DNA of 64,000 bases from Bacteroidales bacterium. GTDB lineage: Bacteria; Bacteroidota; Bacteroidia; Bacteroidales; UBA932. Under the pieces are notes generated by a model. The model was not told the origin of the DNA and made no database searches. It worked only from the letters and a program-made list of their open reading frames with translations. Location: NCBI GenBank assembly GCA_017546605.1, contig JAFYSH010000003.1, positions 6,248 through 70,247 of the forward strand, read 5' to 3'. Below, piece after piece: positions 19,429 through 29,883 of the stretch. The position numbers were made by a program, and so were the translations under genes. Each line of letters starts with the position of its first letter. Position 1 is the stretch's first letter.

Positions 19429-22400
19429 ATGTCGTTCGTTCACCTTCACGTCCACACCCAGTACTCCGTCCTCGATGGAGCCTCGTCGATCAGCAACCTG
19501 TTCAAGGAAGCCAAACGCCTGGAGATGCCGGCGCTTGCCATTACAGACCATGGCAATATGTTCGGTGTCAAGGAATTCCTAAACACAGCAGCTAAGTTCC
19601 CCGAGGTCAAACCCATTGTCGGATGCGAGGTTTACGTAGCCCATGGAAGCCGCCTGGAACGAAAAGGTCGGGAAGAACAAAGTTCTTACCACTTGATCCT
19701 GTTGGCCAAAAACTTGAATGGCTACCACAACCTCATCAAACTCGTGTCCAAAGGATACATCGAGGGCTTCTACTACAAGCCGCGGATCGATCACGAACTG
19801 TTGGAGCAATACCACGAAGACCTGATCTGTTCCAGTGCTTGTCTGGGAGGAGAAATCCCTCAAGCCTTGCTACACGATAACTGGGAAGAGGCTTGTCGTC
19901 TCACCGAGTGGTACCAATCCCTCTTTGGCGAAAACTTCTACCTAGAGGTGATGCGACACAAATCCAAACTGCCCGAAGTCGGAACCGAGACCTTTGAAAA
20001 ACAGGAGAAAGTTAACGAAGGCATCTTCCGCCTGGCGGAACGCTATGGCATCAAGGTCATTGCAACCAACGACGTGCACTTTGTCCAGCAGGCAGACGGG
20101 CCAGCTCATGACCGCCTGATCTGCCTGATTACCAACGCTTCGTTTGATGATCCCAAACGAATGCGGTACACCCAGGAAGAGTACTTGAAAGGTCCGCAGG
20201 AGATGGAAGAATTGTTTGCAGACCACCCTGAAGTACTGACCAATACCCTGGAAATTGCGGAGCAGATCGAAACCTATAGTCTGGATTCCAAGCCGATCAT
20301 GCCCCACTTTGAGATCCCTGAAGAGTTCCAGGATGCCGACGATTACTTGCGTCACCTCACCTACGAAGGAGCCAAGAAGCGGTACGGCACTTTGCAGCCC
20401 GTCCACACCGAACGGCTGGACTTCGAACTGGAAACCATCAAACGGATGGGGTTCCCCGACTACTTCCTCATTGTACAGGACTTCATTCAAGCCGCCCGTA
20501 AAATGGGAGTTTCTGTAGGTCCAGGCCGTGGTTCGGCAGCCGGTTCTGCCGTTGCTTACTGTCTGACCATCACAGATATCGACCCCATCAAATACGACTT
20601 GCTTTTTGAGCGTTTCCTCAATCCCGACCGGATCTCCATGCCCGATATTGATGTTGACTTTGACGACGATGGTCGCTACAAGGTCTTCAAATATGTGGAG
20701 GAAAAGTACGGAAAAGACCACATCTCCCACGTAGTCACCTTTGGCACAATGGGTACCAAGAGTGTGATCCGGGACGTAGCCCGCATCCAGAATCTTCCTT
20801 TACAAACGGCAGACAAACTGGCCAAAGCGGTTCCGAAAGCCATTACCATCGATGTCGAAACCGAGGTGGAGGACCCGAATGATCCGAACAAAAAGATCAA
20901 GAAAAAGGAAAAGAAAGATGTCAACCCGAACATCGGTCTTTGCATCAAACACGTCCCGGAGTTCATCGAAGCCTACCAAGCAGAAGATGGCATTGCTCGA
21001 GAAACCCTGGACTTTGCAGAAAAGCTGGAAGGGAACGTCCGAAACACCGGTGTGCACGCCTGTGCCCTGATCATCGGCCGTGAGGACTTGACCAATTATA
21101 TCCCAATCAGTACCGCCAAAGACAAAGATTCCGGAGCTGACATCCTCGTCTCCCAATACGAAGGCACCCTCATTGAATCGGTGGGGCTGCTAAAGATGGA
21201 CTTCTTGGGCCTGAAAACCCTATCCATCATCAAAGAAGCCTTGGCCAACATCCGTCAGTCCCAAGGCATCGAACTGGACATTGACCACATTCCGCTGGAC
21301 GACCCCAAAACCTATGAACTCTTCAGCCGAGGAGACACCGTTGCTATCTTCCAGTTTGAGTCGGACGGTATGCAAAAATGGCTGCGCGAGTTGCAACCTT
21401 CCCGCTTTGAAGACCTGATTGCCATGAACGCCCTCTACCGGCCGGGCCCGATGGATTACATCCCCGACTTTGTTGCCCGAAAACACGGGATCAAGGCCAT
21501 CGAATACGACCTGCCGGATATGGAAGAGTACTTGCACGACACATACGGGGTTACTGTCTATCAAGAGCAAGTGATGTTGCTTTCCCAAAAGCTCGCCGGC
21601 TTTACCAAAGGTCAGGCAGACAAACTTCGGAAAGCAATGGGTAAGAAGCAGTTGTCAGTAATGGCGGAACTGCGTGAAAAATTCTTTGAAGGCGGTATCA
21701 AGCACGGCCACCCGGAACCCATATTGGATAAAATCTGGAACGACTGGAAGGCCTTTGCCCAATACGCATTCAACAAATCCCACGCAACCTGTTATGCTTG
21801 GGTGGGTTATCAAACCGGTTACTTGAAGGCCCACTACCCGGCCGAGTTCATGGCTGCGACCTTGAGTAAGAACCTCAATAACCTGGAAGAGTTGACCAAA
21901 TTCATGTCCAATTGTCGGAAACAACAGTTGGATGTATTGGGCCCGGACATCAACGAAAGTTTCACCAACTTTACCGTCAACAAAGAGGGCAAGATCCGCT
22001 TCGGAATGGCCGGCATCAAAGGCATCGGTGCAGCCGTTGTCGAAGGCATCATCCGAGAACGCGAGACCAACGGCCCCTTCCGCTCCATCTTTGACCTAGC
22101 AGAACGGGTTCCTGCCAATATTTTGAACCGAAAAACCTGGGAATCCCTGGCTGCAGCCGGCGCATTCGATTCCTTGGAAGGCATCAATCGGGGCACCTTG
22201 CTAGCACCCTGTGGCAACGAAGTTTTCTCCGAAGTACTGGTACGCTACGCCAACGCCTATCAGAAGAATCTGGGATCCATGGCCAACTCGCTCTTCGGGG
22301 GAGTGGATGCCATCGAAATTGCGCAACCGGCTATTCCCATCGCACCGTCTGTCAACCGGATGGAAGCCTTGCGACGTGAAAAAGAGTTGGTAGGAATGTA

Positions 22401-23052
22401 TCTATCAGCCCACCCTCTGGATGACTTTCAGTTTGAATTACAGAATTTTGCAACAAATACTGCTGCTGAGTTAAGTGATTTCAAAAAACAAGCCAGCACC
22501 GATCCCAGTTTCCACCGCAAGGAATACGTAATCGCAGGGATGGTAGCCTCCGTACGACAAGGCATGTCCCAAACCAATCGTCCTTACGGGGTGATTACAC
22601 TGGAAGACTACTCCGGTACTTTTGAATTGCACTTCTCCAGTAAGAACTACGAAACCTTCCTGCCTTATATGCAAGAAGGCATGATGCTACTAGTCAAAGT
22701 AGTGTTCCTCAACCTTGGACGACCGGATGAAAAGCCTACCGGCTGTTACCTTCGGATTGACTCCATCCGCTTGTTGAACAATACGAAAGACGAATACGTC
22801 AAGGAAATTATTGTCAAACTCCCTGTAGAGCACATTACACCGGATTTCCGCAAACGCTTTGTCAAGACGCTCAAACAGAACAAAGGAAAAGCTGTTCTGA
22901 CGTTGTACATCGTTGACCGTCAGAATGAATTATCCGTAGAATTCGTTTCGCGAAAATATCACGTAGCTCCCGACCAGGATTTGTTTGATTTTCTGAACGA
23001 AGAAAACCTCCCGTACCAGATCCGAAAGAAAATCACCTTCCCGAAATCCTAG
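19429..23052 (+). CDS. dnaE: DNA polymerase III alpha subunit
   Basis: 1207 aa. PHP domain MSFVHLHVHTQYSVLDGA, polymerase core, C-terminal OB region. Starts 4 nt after gpmI. Confidence 0.97.
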   Translation: MSFVHLHVHTQYSVLDGASSISNLFKEAKRLEMPALAITDHGNMFGVKEFLNTAAKFPEVKPIVGCEVYVAHGSRLERKGREEQSSYHLILLAKNLNGYHNLIKLVSKGYIEGFYYKPRIDHELLEQYHEDLICSSACLGGEIPQALLHDNWEEACRLTEWYQSLFGENFYLEVMRHKSKLPEVGTETFEKQEKVNEGIFRLAERYGIKVIATNDVHFVQQADGPAHDRLICLITNASFDDPKRMRYTQEEYLKGPQEMEELFADHPEVLTNTLEIAEQIETYSLDSKPIMPHFEIPEEFQDADDYLRHLTYEGAKKRYGTLQPVHTERLDFELETIKRMGFPDYFLIVQDFIQAARKMGVSVGPGRGSAAGSAVAYCLTITDIDPIKYDLLFERFLNPDRISMPDIDVDFDDDGRYKVFKYVEEKYGKDHISHVVTFGTMGTKSVIRDVARIQNLPLQTADKLAKAVPKAITIDVETEVEDPNDPNKKIKKKEKKDVNPNIGLCIKHVPEFIEAYQAEDGIARETLDFAEKLEGNVRNTGVHACALIIGREDLTNYIPISTAKDKDSGADILVSQYEGTLIESVGLLKMDFLGLKTLSIIKEALANIRQSQGIELDIDHIPLDDPKTYELFSRGDTVAIFQFESDGMQKWLRELQPSRFEDLIAMNALYRPGPMDYIPDFVARKHGIKAIEYDLPDMEEYLHDTYGVTVYQEQVMLLSQKLAGFTKGQADKLRKAMGKKQLSVMAELREKFFEGGIKHGHPEPILDKIWNDWKAFAQYAFNKSHATCYAWVGYQTGYLKAHYPAEFMAATLSKNLNNLEELTKFMSNCRKQQLDVLGPDINESFTNFTVNKEGKIRFGMAGIKGIGAAVVEGIIRERETNGPFRSIFDLAERVPANILNRKTWESLAAAGAFDSLEGINRGTLLAPCGNEVFSEVLVRYANAYQKNLGSMANSLFGGVDAIEIAQPAIPIAPSVNRMEALRREKELVGMYLSAHPLDDFQFELQNFATNTAAELSDFKKQASTDPSFHRKEYVIAGMVASVRQGMSQTNRPYGVITLEDYSGTFELHFSSKNYETFLPYMQEGMMLLVKVVFLNLGRPDEKPTGCYLRIDSIRLLNNTKDEYVKEIIVKLPVEHITPDFRKRFVKTLKQNKGKAVLTLYIVDRQNELSVEFVSRKYHVAPDQDLFDFLNEENLPYQIRKKITFPKS

Positions 23053-24038
23053 TAATTCGGGGCTTGTATCGGAATTTCCACCGACTCTGGTGTTACGAGC
23101 ACAGCGCCTACCTCCGGCTGCGCCAGGTGACCGACTACCTCCAAATCCGGGAATTCTTTGTGCAATACATCGTACTGGCCATTGGGGATGACAAACAAGA
23201 ACTTAAAGTCATCACCGCCATTCATGGCTGCCGTTACCGCATCGATGTTCAATTCCTCGCAAGCCTGGAAGGTTTGAGCAGATATCGGAATCCGGTTGAT
23301 GTAAATTTTTACGCCCAGGCCCGAACGGCGTTGGAGATCCAAAACAGAGCAAGCCAAGCCCCGGGTAATGAATTCGCCCGCAGAAGGAACAATGCCCTGC
23401 TTGATCAGACGGGACAACAAATCGGGTTTGACTTCCGGACTCAAATAATCCGCCAAAATGCCTCGATAAGCCGTCAGATCCGGCTGTTTCTGAGCTCCCC
23501 CCGCTTGAAACGCCACTTTTTCGCGTTCCAGAATGTGAAGTCCCATGTAGGCTGCTCCCAAGTGACCCGACAAGACCACCAAATCCTTGGACTGCATCGG
23601 AAGGCGCCGTTCCAGCACAATGCGTTTTTGAATACCTACTGCCGTCACACTGACACACAAGCCATTCACCGACGGGGCCAACTCCAAGGCCACCGAAGCA
23701 ATCTTGTGTTCCTGCATCGCTGCAATCATCCCACCCCACAACGTCGCTACATCTTCGTACGAGAAACGGTTGGACAAGGCCAGGATTACCGAAACGCGCT
23801 CCGGTTGCAGGCACTGAGCATACAAATCTCCCAACGCAGCCAACACCAGCTTGTATCCCAAATGTTTGAGCGGCGTATAAGTCAAGTCGAAATCAACTCC
23901 CTCCATGAAGAAATGATGGGACTGCGCAGCAACGCCACGGGCTGGTTGAGGTCGGATGATTTCATTCTTGTAAGGGGTTCCTTCAAAGAGACGTTCCATG
24001 GCCGCTGAACGGCCGATTTCAGAAATTTGTGTGCTCAT
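23049..24038 (-). CDS. ThiL / AIR-synthase-related (PurM-fold) protein with atypical active-site positions
   Basis: 329 aa. Overall ThiL-like layout (MEGVDFDL, LGDLYA, GHLGAAYMGL, NGGDDFKFLF), but see the finding. The nearly full-length plus-strand ORF 23064-24008 is R/Q/H-rich antisense noise. Confidence 0.75.
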   Translation of the reverse strand: MSTQISEIGRSAAMERLFEGTPYKNEIIRPQPARGVAAQSHHFFMEGVDFDLTYTPLKHLGYKLVLAALGDLYAQCLQPERVSVILALSNRFSYEDVATLWGGMIAAMQEHKIASVALELAPSVNGLCVSVTAVGIQKRIVLERRLPMQSKDLVVLSGHLGAAYMGLHILEREKVAFQAGGAQKQPDLTAYRGILADYLSPEVKPDLLSRLIKQGIVPSAGEFITRGLACSVLDLQRRSGLGVKIYINRIPISAQTFQACEELNIDAVTAAMNGGDDFKFLFVIPNGQYDVLHKEFPDLEVVGHLAQPEVGAVLVTPESVEIPIQAPNY

Positions 24039-24054
24039 TGTACTATTTTTGTTA

Positions 24055-24062
24055 CAAAATTA
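24055..24062 (-). promoter_or_regulatory. -7 box (TAATTTTG) for the ThiL-like gene
   Basis: Plus strand caaaatta; 16 nt upstream of ATG 24038. Confidence 0.5.
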
Positions 24063-24073
24063 GTAAAATGATG

Positions 24074-24081
24074 TAAATTTG
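24074..24081 (+). promoter_or_regulatory. -7 box (TAAATTTG) for sufBCD
   Basis: Exact motif, 17 nt upstream of ATG 24099. Confidence 0.55.
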
Positions 24082-24098
24082 TATGTTTATTTTTAATT

Positions 24099-25529
24099 AT
24101 GGCAAACGAAGTATTACACGATATTACCAATAGCGAATACCGACACGGATTTGAGACCCTTGTCAACCAGGAATTTTTCCCGAAAGGTCTGAATGAAGAC
24201 ATCGTCCGGATGATTTCTGAACGCAAACAAGAGCCGCAATGGTTGCTCGAGTTCCGACTGGAGGCCTTCCGAAAATGGCAAAAAATGAAAATGCCAACTT
24301 GGGCTCACCTTCGGATCCCCGAGATTGATTACCAAGATATTATCTATTTCGCTGCACCGAAAAAACCGAAGACCGAAGAAGAAATCGACCCGGAACTGAT
24401 CAAGACTTTTGACAAACTGGGTATCCCGTTAGATGAGCGCAAAGCGCTTTCCGGCATGGCGGTCGATGCGGTTTTTGATTCGGTTTCTGTTAAAACTACC
24501 TTCCGGGAATCCTTGGCTGAGAAGGGCATTATATTCTGCTCATTCTCCGAAGCAGTCCGCGATTATCCGGAATTGGTTCGCAAATACCTGGCCTCCGTCG
24601 TTCCTGTCGGAGACAACTTTTTCTCAGCTTTGAACTCGGCCGTATTCAGTGACGGTTCGTTCTGTTACATTCCCAAGGGCGTTCGTTGTCCCATGGAACT
24701 ATCCAGCTACTTCCGCATCAATGCTCGCGGAACCGGCCAGTTTGAACGCACACTCATCGTCGCCGATGAAGGCTCCTATGTCAGCTACCTGGAAGGTTGT
24801 ACCGCTCCTCAACGTGATGAGAACCAACTCCACGCAGCCGTGGTTGAAATTGTCGTTATGGCCGATGCCGAAGTTAAGTACTCTACCGTACAAAACTGGT
24901 ATCCAGGCGATAGCGAAGGACGTGGCGGTATCTTCAACTTTGTAACCAAACGGGGTATCTGCAAAGGCAACAACAGCCGCCTGTTCTGGACTCAGGTGGA
25001 AACCGGTTCCGCCATCACTTGGAAATATCCGAGTACCATCCTCAAAGGAGACAACTCAGTATCTGAGTTCTACTCCGTGGCTGTGACCAATCACCACCAA
25101 CAAGCTGATACGGGAACCAAAATGATCCACTTGGGAAAAAATACCCGCAGCCGGATCATCAGCAAAGGAATTTCTGCCGGACGCAGCGAAAACAGCTACC
25201 GCGGACTGGTGCGTGTAGCCCGGAATGCGGAAAACGCCCGGAACTACTCGCAATGCGACTCCCTGCTATTGGGCGACCGTTGCGGAGCACACACCTTCCC
25301 GTTCATTCAAAGTGACAACCCCAGTGCCATCATTGAACACGAGGCAACTACCTCGAAAATCAGTGAAGACCAATTGTTCTACTGCCGGCAACGGGGCATC
25401 TCCGAAGAAAATGCCGTTGGCCTGATTGTCAATGGCTACGCAAAAGAAGTCATTAACCAGCTTCCGATGGAATTTGCTGTCGAAGCTCAAAAACTCCTGC
25501 AAGTTTCCTTGGAAGGAAGCGTAGGATAA
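24099..25529 (+). CDS. sufB: Fe-S cluster assembly scaffold SufB
   Basis: 476 aa, typical SufB sequence throughout (e.g. [24 protein letters not shown]). Confidence 0.96.
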   Translation: MANEVLHDITNSEYRHGFETLVNQEFFPKGLNEDIVRMISERKQEPQWLLEFRLEAFRKWQKMKMPTWAHLRIPEIDYQDIIYFAAPKKPKTEEEIDPELIKTFDKLGIPLDERKALSGMAVDAVFDSVSVKTTFRESLAEKGIIFCSFSEAVRDYPELVRKYLASVVPVGDNFFSALNSAVFSDGSFCYIPKGVRCPMELSSYFRINARGTGQFERTLIVADEGSYVSYLEGCTAPQRDENQLHAAVVEIVVMADAEVKYSTVQNWYPGDSEGRGGIFNFVTKRGICKGNNSRLFWTQVETGSAITWKYPSTILKGDNSVSEFYSVAVTNHHQQADTGTKMIHLGKNTRSRIISKGISAGRSENSYRGLVRVARNAENARNYSQCDSLLLGDRCGAHTFPFIQSDNPSAIIEHEATTSKISEDQLFYCRQRGISEENAVGLIVNGYAKEVINQLPMEFAVEAQKLLQVSLEGSVG

Positions 25530-25540
25530 TCCATACAACC

Positions 25541-26287
25541 ATGCTTACTATTAAAGATTTACATGCATCTATAGGCGACAAGGAGATCCTCAAGGGGATC
25601 AACCTGACCGTCAACCCGGGAGAAGTTCACGCCATCATGGGTCCGAACGGCTCCGGAAAAAGTACCCTTTCTGCTGTATTGGCGGGTAAAGAAACCTTTA
25701 CCGTCACCTCCGGTGAAGTCAAGTTCCAAGGCGAAGACCTGTTGGCACTTGCCCCTGAAGAACGTTCGTGGCGAGGCATCTTTCTCGGTTTCCAATATCC
25801 GATTGAAATTCCTGGTGTAACGAATGTCAACTTTATGAAGACGGCTTTGAACGAGCACCGCAAACACCAAGGCCTCCCTCCGATTACGGCCGCTGAATTC
25901 CTGAAACTCATGCGCCAAAAGATGGAAATCGTAGAGATGGACCACTCCTTCTCTTCCCGCGGAGTCAATGTGGGCTTCTCTGGTGGCGAGAAGAAGCGGA
26001 ATGAAATCTTCCAAATGGCCATGCTCGAACCCAAATTAGCGATCTTGGACGAAACTGATAGCGGATTGGACGTAGACGCCTTGCGCATTGTAGCTACCGG
26101 TGTCAACAAACTCAAACGCCCGGACAATGCAACGGTGGTTATCACCCACTACCAACGTCTGTTGGACTACATCGTTCCGGATGTTGTACACATCTTGTAC
26201 AAAGGCCGCATCATCAAGACAGCCGGCAAGGAATTGGCATTGGAAGTGGAACAACGGGGTTATGACTGGTTGATCAAAGAACTATGA
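25541..26287 (+). CDS. sufC: Fe-S cluster assembly ATPase SufC
   Basis: 248 aa. Walker A GPNGSGKST, signature FSGGEKKRNEI, Walker B LAILDETDSGLD. Confidence 0.97.
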   Translation: MLTIKDLHASIGDKEILKGINLTVNPGEVHAIMGPNGSGKSTLSAVLAGKETFTVTSGEVKFQGEDLLALAPEERSWRGIFLGFQYPIEIPGVTNVNFMKTALNEHRKHQGLPPITAAEFLKLMRQKMEIVEMDHSFSSRGVNVGFSGGEKKRNEIFQMAMLEPKLAILDETDSGLDVDALRIVATGVNKLKRPDNATVVITHYQRLLDYIVPDVVHILYKGRIIKTAGKELALEVEQRGYDWLIKEL

Positions 26288-27261
26288 TAAACGAGCACTA
26301 TACCCTTGCCAACGGAACTCCCAGCCGTCCGCAATTCAGTTGCCGTGTACCCCTGTCCAACAGCCGACAACTCTTTGTTGTCAATGGACTTGTCCAGGAA
26401 ACCGGCAAGCCCTTCTCTTTCCGTCTTCAAGCCGGGAAGATGATGGACGAACTACTGCAGGTCATCAGTGTCCGCGATGACCAAGGCCCCACCTTACTGG
26501 ATGTCAACACCGAATTTGTATTTGGTAACGGCTCATCCGGCCGATTGCTTTGCTGTTCCCACGCTTTCACAACAGGAAGTGTCACTACCCACGAAACCGT
26601 AGAAATCCATCTGGAAGAAAACGCTTGTGCCGAAATCATCGTCATGCAACACGAACACAATGAGGCACACCACCAGACCCGCTATACAATTCATCAGGAA
26701 GCTGGCAGCCAATTAAAAATGACCTTTCTCTCCTTGCAGGGATGCGTCATTGAAAACGAGATTGAGGTCAACCTCCAAGGACGTAACGCGGTTTGCGACT
26801 TAAGTGGTCTGTACTTGGCTGACGGACAACAGCAGATTACCAACCGTATCAACGTACAACATCTCGTGCCGGATTGCCATAGCAGCCAATTGTTCAAGGG
26901 AATCCTGGACAACGAAGCTCGGGGACGTTTTTATGGAAAAATCACCGTGGTTCCGAACGCACAACGCACCGATGCCTTTCAGGCCAACCACAACTTGCTG
27001 CTCTCTGAAAAAGCCAGCATTCACACAGATCCCCAGTTGGAAATCTACGCAGATGACGTAAAATGCTCCCACGGTGCAACCATTGGTCGATTACAACCCG
27101 AAGAACTCTTCTACCTCCGCTCGCGGGGAATCCCTAAAAAAGAGGCAGAACTGCTTCAGCAATTGGCCTTTGCTTATGCCGTTTTGGTGAAGATTCCCAA
27201 CGAAGTCCTACGGGAGCGGATGATGGACCTCGTCGAGAAACGCCTGCGGGGCGATTGTTGA
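26284..27261 (+). CDS. sufD: Fe-S cluster assembly protein SufD (short form)
   Basis: 325 aa. The C-terminal half is typical of SufD (QLEIYADDVKCSHGATIGRL, EELFYLRSRGI). ATGA overlap with sufC. Confidence 0.88.
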   Translation: MINEHYTLANGTPSRPQFSCRVPLSNSRQLFVVNGLVQETGKPFSFRLQAGKMMDELLQVISVRDDQGPTLLDVNTEFVFGNGSSGRLLCCSHAFTTGSVTTHETVEIHLEENACAEIIVMQHEHNEAHHQTRYTIHQEAGSQLKMTFLSLQGCVIENEIEVNLQGRNAVCDLSGLYLADGQQQITNRINVQHLVPDCHSSQLFKGILDNEARGRFYGKITVVPNAQRTDAFQANHNLLLSEKASIHTDPQLEIYADDVKCSHGATIGRLQPEELFYLRSRGIPKKEAELLQQLAFAYAVLVKIPNEVLRERMMDLVEKRLRGDC

Positions 27262-27288
27262 TAACTTCTTTTAGTTTTTCTTTCTTTT

Positions 27289-27323
27289 AAAGGGATTTCA
27301 TTCTAACTTGCAATCCCTTTTTT
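27289..27323 (+). terminator. Rho-independent terminator or attenuator hairpin after sufD
   Basis: AAAGGGATT (27289-27297) / AATCCCTTT (27312-27320), 9-bp stem, 14-nt loop, followed by a T run. Confidence 0.7.
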
Positions 27324-27340
27324 GATACCATTCACAAACA

Positions 27341-29863
27341 ATGAAAAAGAAAACCTATACCTTTGACGAGGCATTGAATGCCAGTCGCTCCTATTTCCGG
27401 GGCGACGAACTTGCTGCCTCCGTATGGATTAACAAGTATGCCATGAAAGACTCTTTCGGCAACTTGTATGAATCCTCACCGGAAGACATGCACCACCGCC
27501 TAGCTGATGAGTTTGCCCGCATCGAGGCTCGCTACCCGAATCCGATGAGTGCTGACGAAATCTATGACCTGCTCAAGGATTTCAAATACGTTATCCCGCA
27601 AGGCGGTCCCATGTGTGGTATCGGCAATGACAATCAGATTGCCTCGTTGTCCAACTGCTTCGTAATCGGCCACGATACTCCGGCCGACTCATACGGTGGT
27701 ATCTTGAAAATCGATGAAGAACAGGTACAATTGATGAAACGTCGGGGTGGTGTCGGTCACGACTTGTCCCACATCCGTCCTACCGGAAGCCCCGTACTCA
27801 ACAGCGCACTGACCTCCACCGGCATTGTGCCTTTTATGGAACGCTACTCCAACTCAACCCGCGAAGTGGCACAAGACGGTCGCCGTGGTGCCTTGATGTT
27901 GTCGGTTTCCATCAAACACCCGGATTCGGAGTCTTTCATCGATGCCAAGATGGAAAAAGGCAAGGTTACTGGGGCCAATGTTTCCGTAAAAGTGGATGAC
28001 GACTTTATGCGTTGCGCTTTGAACGGAGAGCCCTACATCCAACAATATCCGGTCTATTCAAACGAACCGAAATATACCAAAGAAGTCAATGCAACGGCCC
28101 TGTGGAAAAAGATCATCCACAATGCATGGAAATCTGCAGAACCGGGCGTGTTGTTCTGGGATACCATCCTGCGCGAATCAGTTCCTGACTGCTATGCCGA
28201 TTTAGGTTATCGCACCGTCAGCACCAACCCTTGCGGAGAAATTCCCTTGTGTCCCTATGACTCTTGCCGTTTGATCGCAATGAACCTCTATTCGTACGTT
28301 GATCAACCGTTTACTCCGAACGCCTCCTTCAACTACGAACTCTTCAAGAAACACGTCATCAAAGCAATGCGCTTGATGGACGACTTGATCGATCTGGAAA
28401 TGGAAAAGATCGATGCCATCCTGAAGAAAATCCAATCTGACCCGGAAAGCGTCGATGTGAAACGCACCGAGGTTGAATTGTGGGAAAAAATCAAGCAAAA
28501 ATCCTTGGGCGGACGCCGTACCGGACTGGGTATCACCGGAGAAGGCGACATGTTGGCGGCCCTCGGCCTCACCTACGGATCGGATGAAGCCATCGCAGCT
28601 GCCGTGGACATCCAACGCACTTTGGCAGTAAGCGCCTACCGTTCATCCGTAATCATGGCACAAGAACGGGGAGCTTTCCCGATTTATGACAGCAAACGCG
28701 AAGCGAACAATCCGATGATCAGCCGTATCCGTGAATGCGATCCTGCCCTGTACGAAGAAATGGTTGCAAAGGGACGTCGTAACATTTCCATGTTGACCAT
28801 CGCTCCTACAGGAACAACCAGTTTGATGACCCAAACAACATCCGGTATTGAACCCGTTTTCCTCCCGTTCTACAAACGCAGAAGAAAAGTCAATCCGAAT
28901 GACCGCAATGTCACCATCGCCTTTAAAGACGAAAACGGTGACTGCTTTGAAGAATACTTTGTTTTCCACCACCACTTCCTGACTTGGTGCAAAACTGCCG
29001 GCCACAATCCGGAAGAGGTCAAGACCTGGAACGAAGAACAAATCCAAGCCCTGGTAGCCCAATCACCTTACCACAAAGCCACATCGAATGACATTGACTG
29101 GGTAGCGAAGGTGAAGATGCAAGGCCAAATGCAAAAATGGGTGGACCACTCGATCAGCGTAACTGTAAACCTACCTCGCGACATCAGCGAAGATATGGTA
29201 GCCGAAGTGTATCGCACAGCTTGGGAATGCGGATGTAAAGGTATTACCGTTTATCGGGACGGATCCAGAACAGGTGTTTTGGTTTCTTCCAAGGAAAACA
29301 ATGAGAACATCATCAAACCCAAGAAACGCCCCAAATCGCTGGAAGCCGACGTAATCCGTTTCAAAAACGGAACCCAACAATGGATTGCCCTGGTGGGTAA
29401 ACTCAACGGCAAACCCTACGAAATCTTTACCGGTATCTTGGATGAAGACACTCGTTCCATCCCGAAATCCATCACCAAAGGTTGGATTGTCAAAGAAACC
29501 GATGACAAGGGCGTAACCCGCTACGACTTCCACTACAAAGATTGCTACGGTTACCCGGGTGTATCTGGCGGTATCTCCCACATGTTCAACAAAGAGTTCT
29601 GGAACTACGCAAAATTCATCTCTGGTGTGATGCGCCACAATGTTCCGATCATTGATATCCTCAACATCATCAAAGGATTGGATTTGGACAATGCCAGCAT
29701 CAACTCTTGGAAGAACGGGGTAGAAAGAGCCTTGAAGCAATACATCCCGAACGGCACACGGGATGAATCCGGCCAAAAATGTGAAGAATGCGGATCTACC
29801 AACTTGATTTACCAAGAAGGTTGTCTTGTCTGCCAAGATTGCGGACACGGTAAGTGCGGTTGA
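27341..29863 (+). CDS. nrdJ: Adenosylcobalamin-dependent (class II) ribonucleotide reductase with C-terminal Cys-rich zinc-finger tail
   Basis: 840 aa. Active-site loop VSTNPCGEIPL; no nrdB partner. C-terminus CEECGSTNLIYQEGCLVCQDCGHGKCG. Confidence 0.92.
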   Translation: MKKKTYTFDEALNASRSYFRGDELAASVWINKYAMKDSFGNLYESSPEDMHHRLADEFARIEARYPNPMSADEIYDLLKDFKYVIPQGGPMCGIGNDNQIASLSNCFVIGHDTPADSYGGILKIDEEQVQLMKRRGGVGHDLSHIRPTGSPVLNSALTSTGIVPFMERYSNSTREVAQDGRRGALMLSVSIKHPDSESFIDAKMEKGKVTGANVSVKVDDDFMRCALNGEPYIQQYPVYSNEPKYTKEVNATALWKKIIHNAWKSAEPGVLFWDTILRESVPDCYADLGYRTVSTNPCGEIPLCPYDSCRLIAMNLYSYVDQPFTPNASFNYELFKKHVIKAMRLMDDLIDLEMEKIDAILKKIQSDPESVDVKRTEVELWEKIKQKSLGGRRTGLGITGEGDMLAALGLTYGSDEAIAAAVDIQRTLAVSAYRSSVIMAQERGAFPIYDSKREANNPMISRIRECDPALYEEMVAKGRRNISMLTIAPTGTTSLMTQTTSGIEPVFLPFYKRRRKVNPNDRNVTIAFKDENGDCFEEYFVFHHHFLTWCKTAGHNPEEVKTWNEEQIQALVAQSPYHKATSNDIDWVAKVKMQGQMQKWVDHSISVTVNLPRDISEDMVAEVYRTAWECGCKGITVYRDGSRTGVLVSSKENNENIIKPKKRPKSLEADVIRFKNGTQQWIALVGKLNGKPYEIFTGILDEDTRSIPKSITKGWIVKETDDKGVTRYDFHYKDCYGYPGVSGGISHMFNKEFWNYAKFISGVMRHNVPIIDILNIIKGLDLDNASINSWKNGVERALKQYIPNGTRDESGQKCEECGSTNLIYQEGCLVCQDCGHGKCG

Positions 29864-29883
29864 TCCACGGCGAACCTTGAACT

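Noticed and set aside
23064-24008. 314-aa plus-strand ORF mirroring almost the whole ThiL-like gene.
   Set aside because: It is an R/Q/H-rich, low-complexity translation with no promoter box in front. The minus-strand product has the PurM-fold layout and its own -7 box.
27262-27340. Possible cobalamin riboswitch ahead of the B12-dependent nrdJ.
   Set aside because: The spacer is only 79 nt and is fully accounted for by one simple hairpin. That is far too short for a cobalamin aptamer, and I see no B12-box-like sequence.
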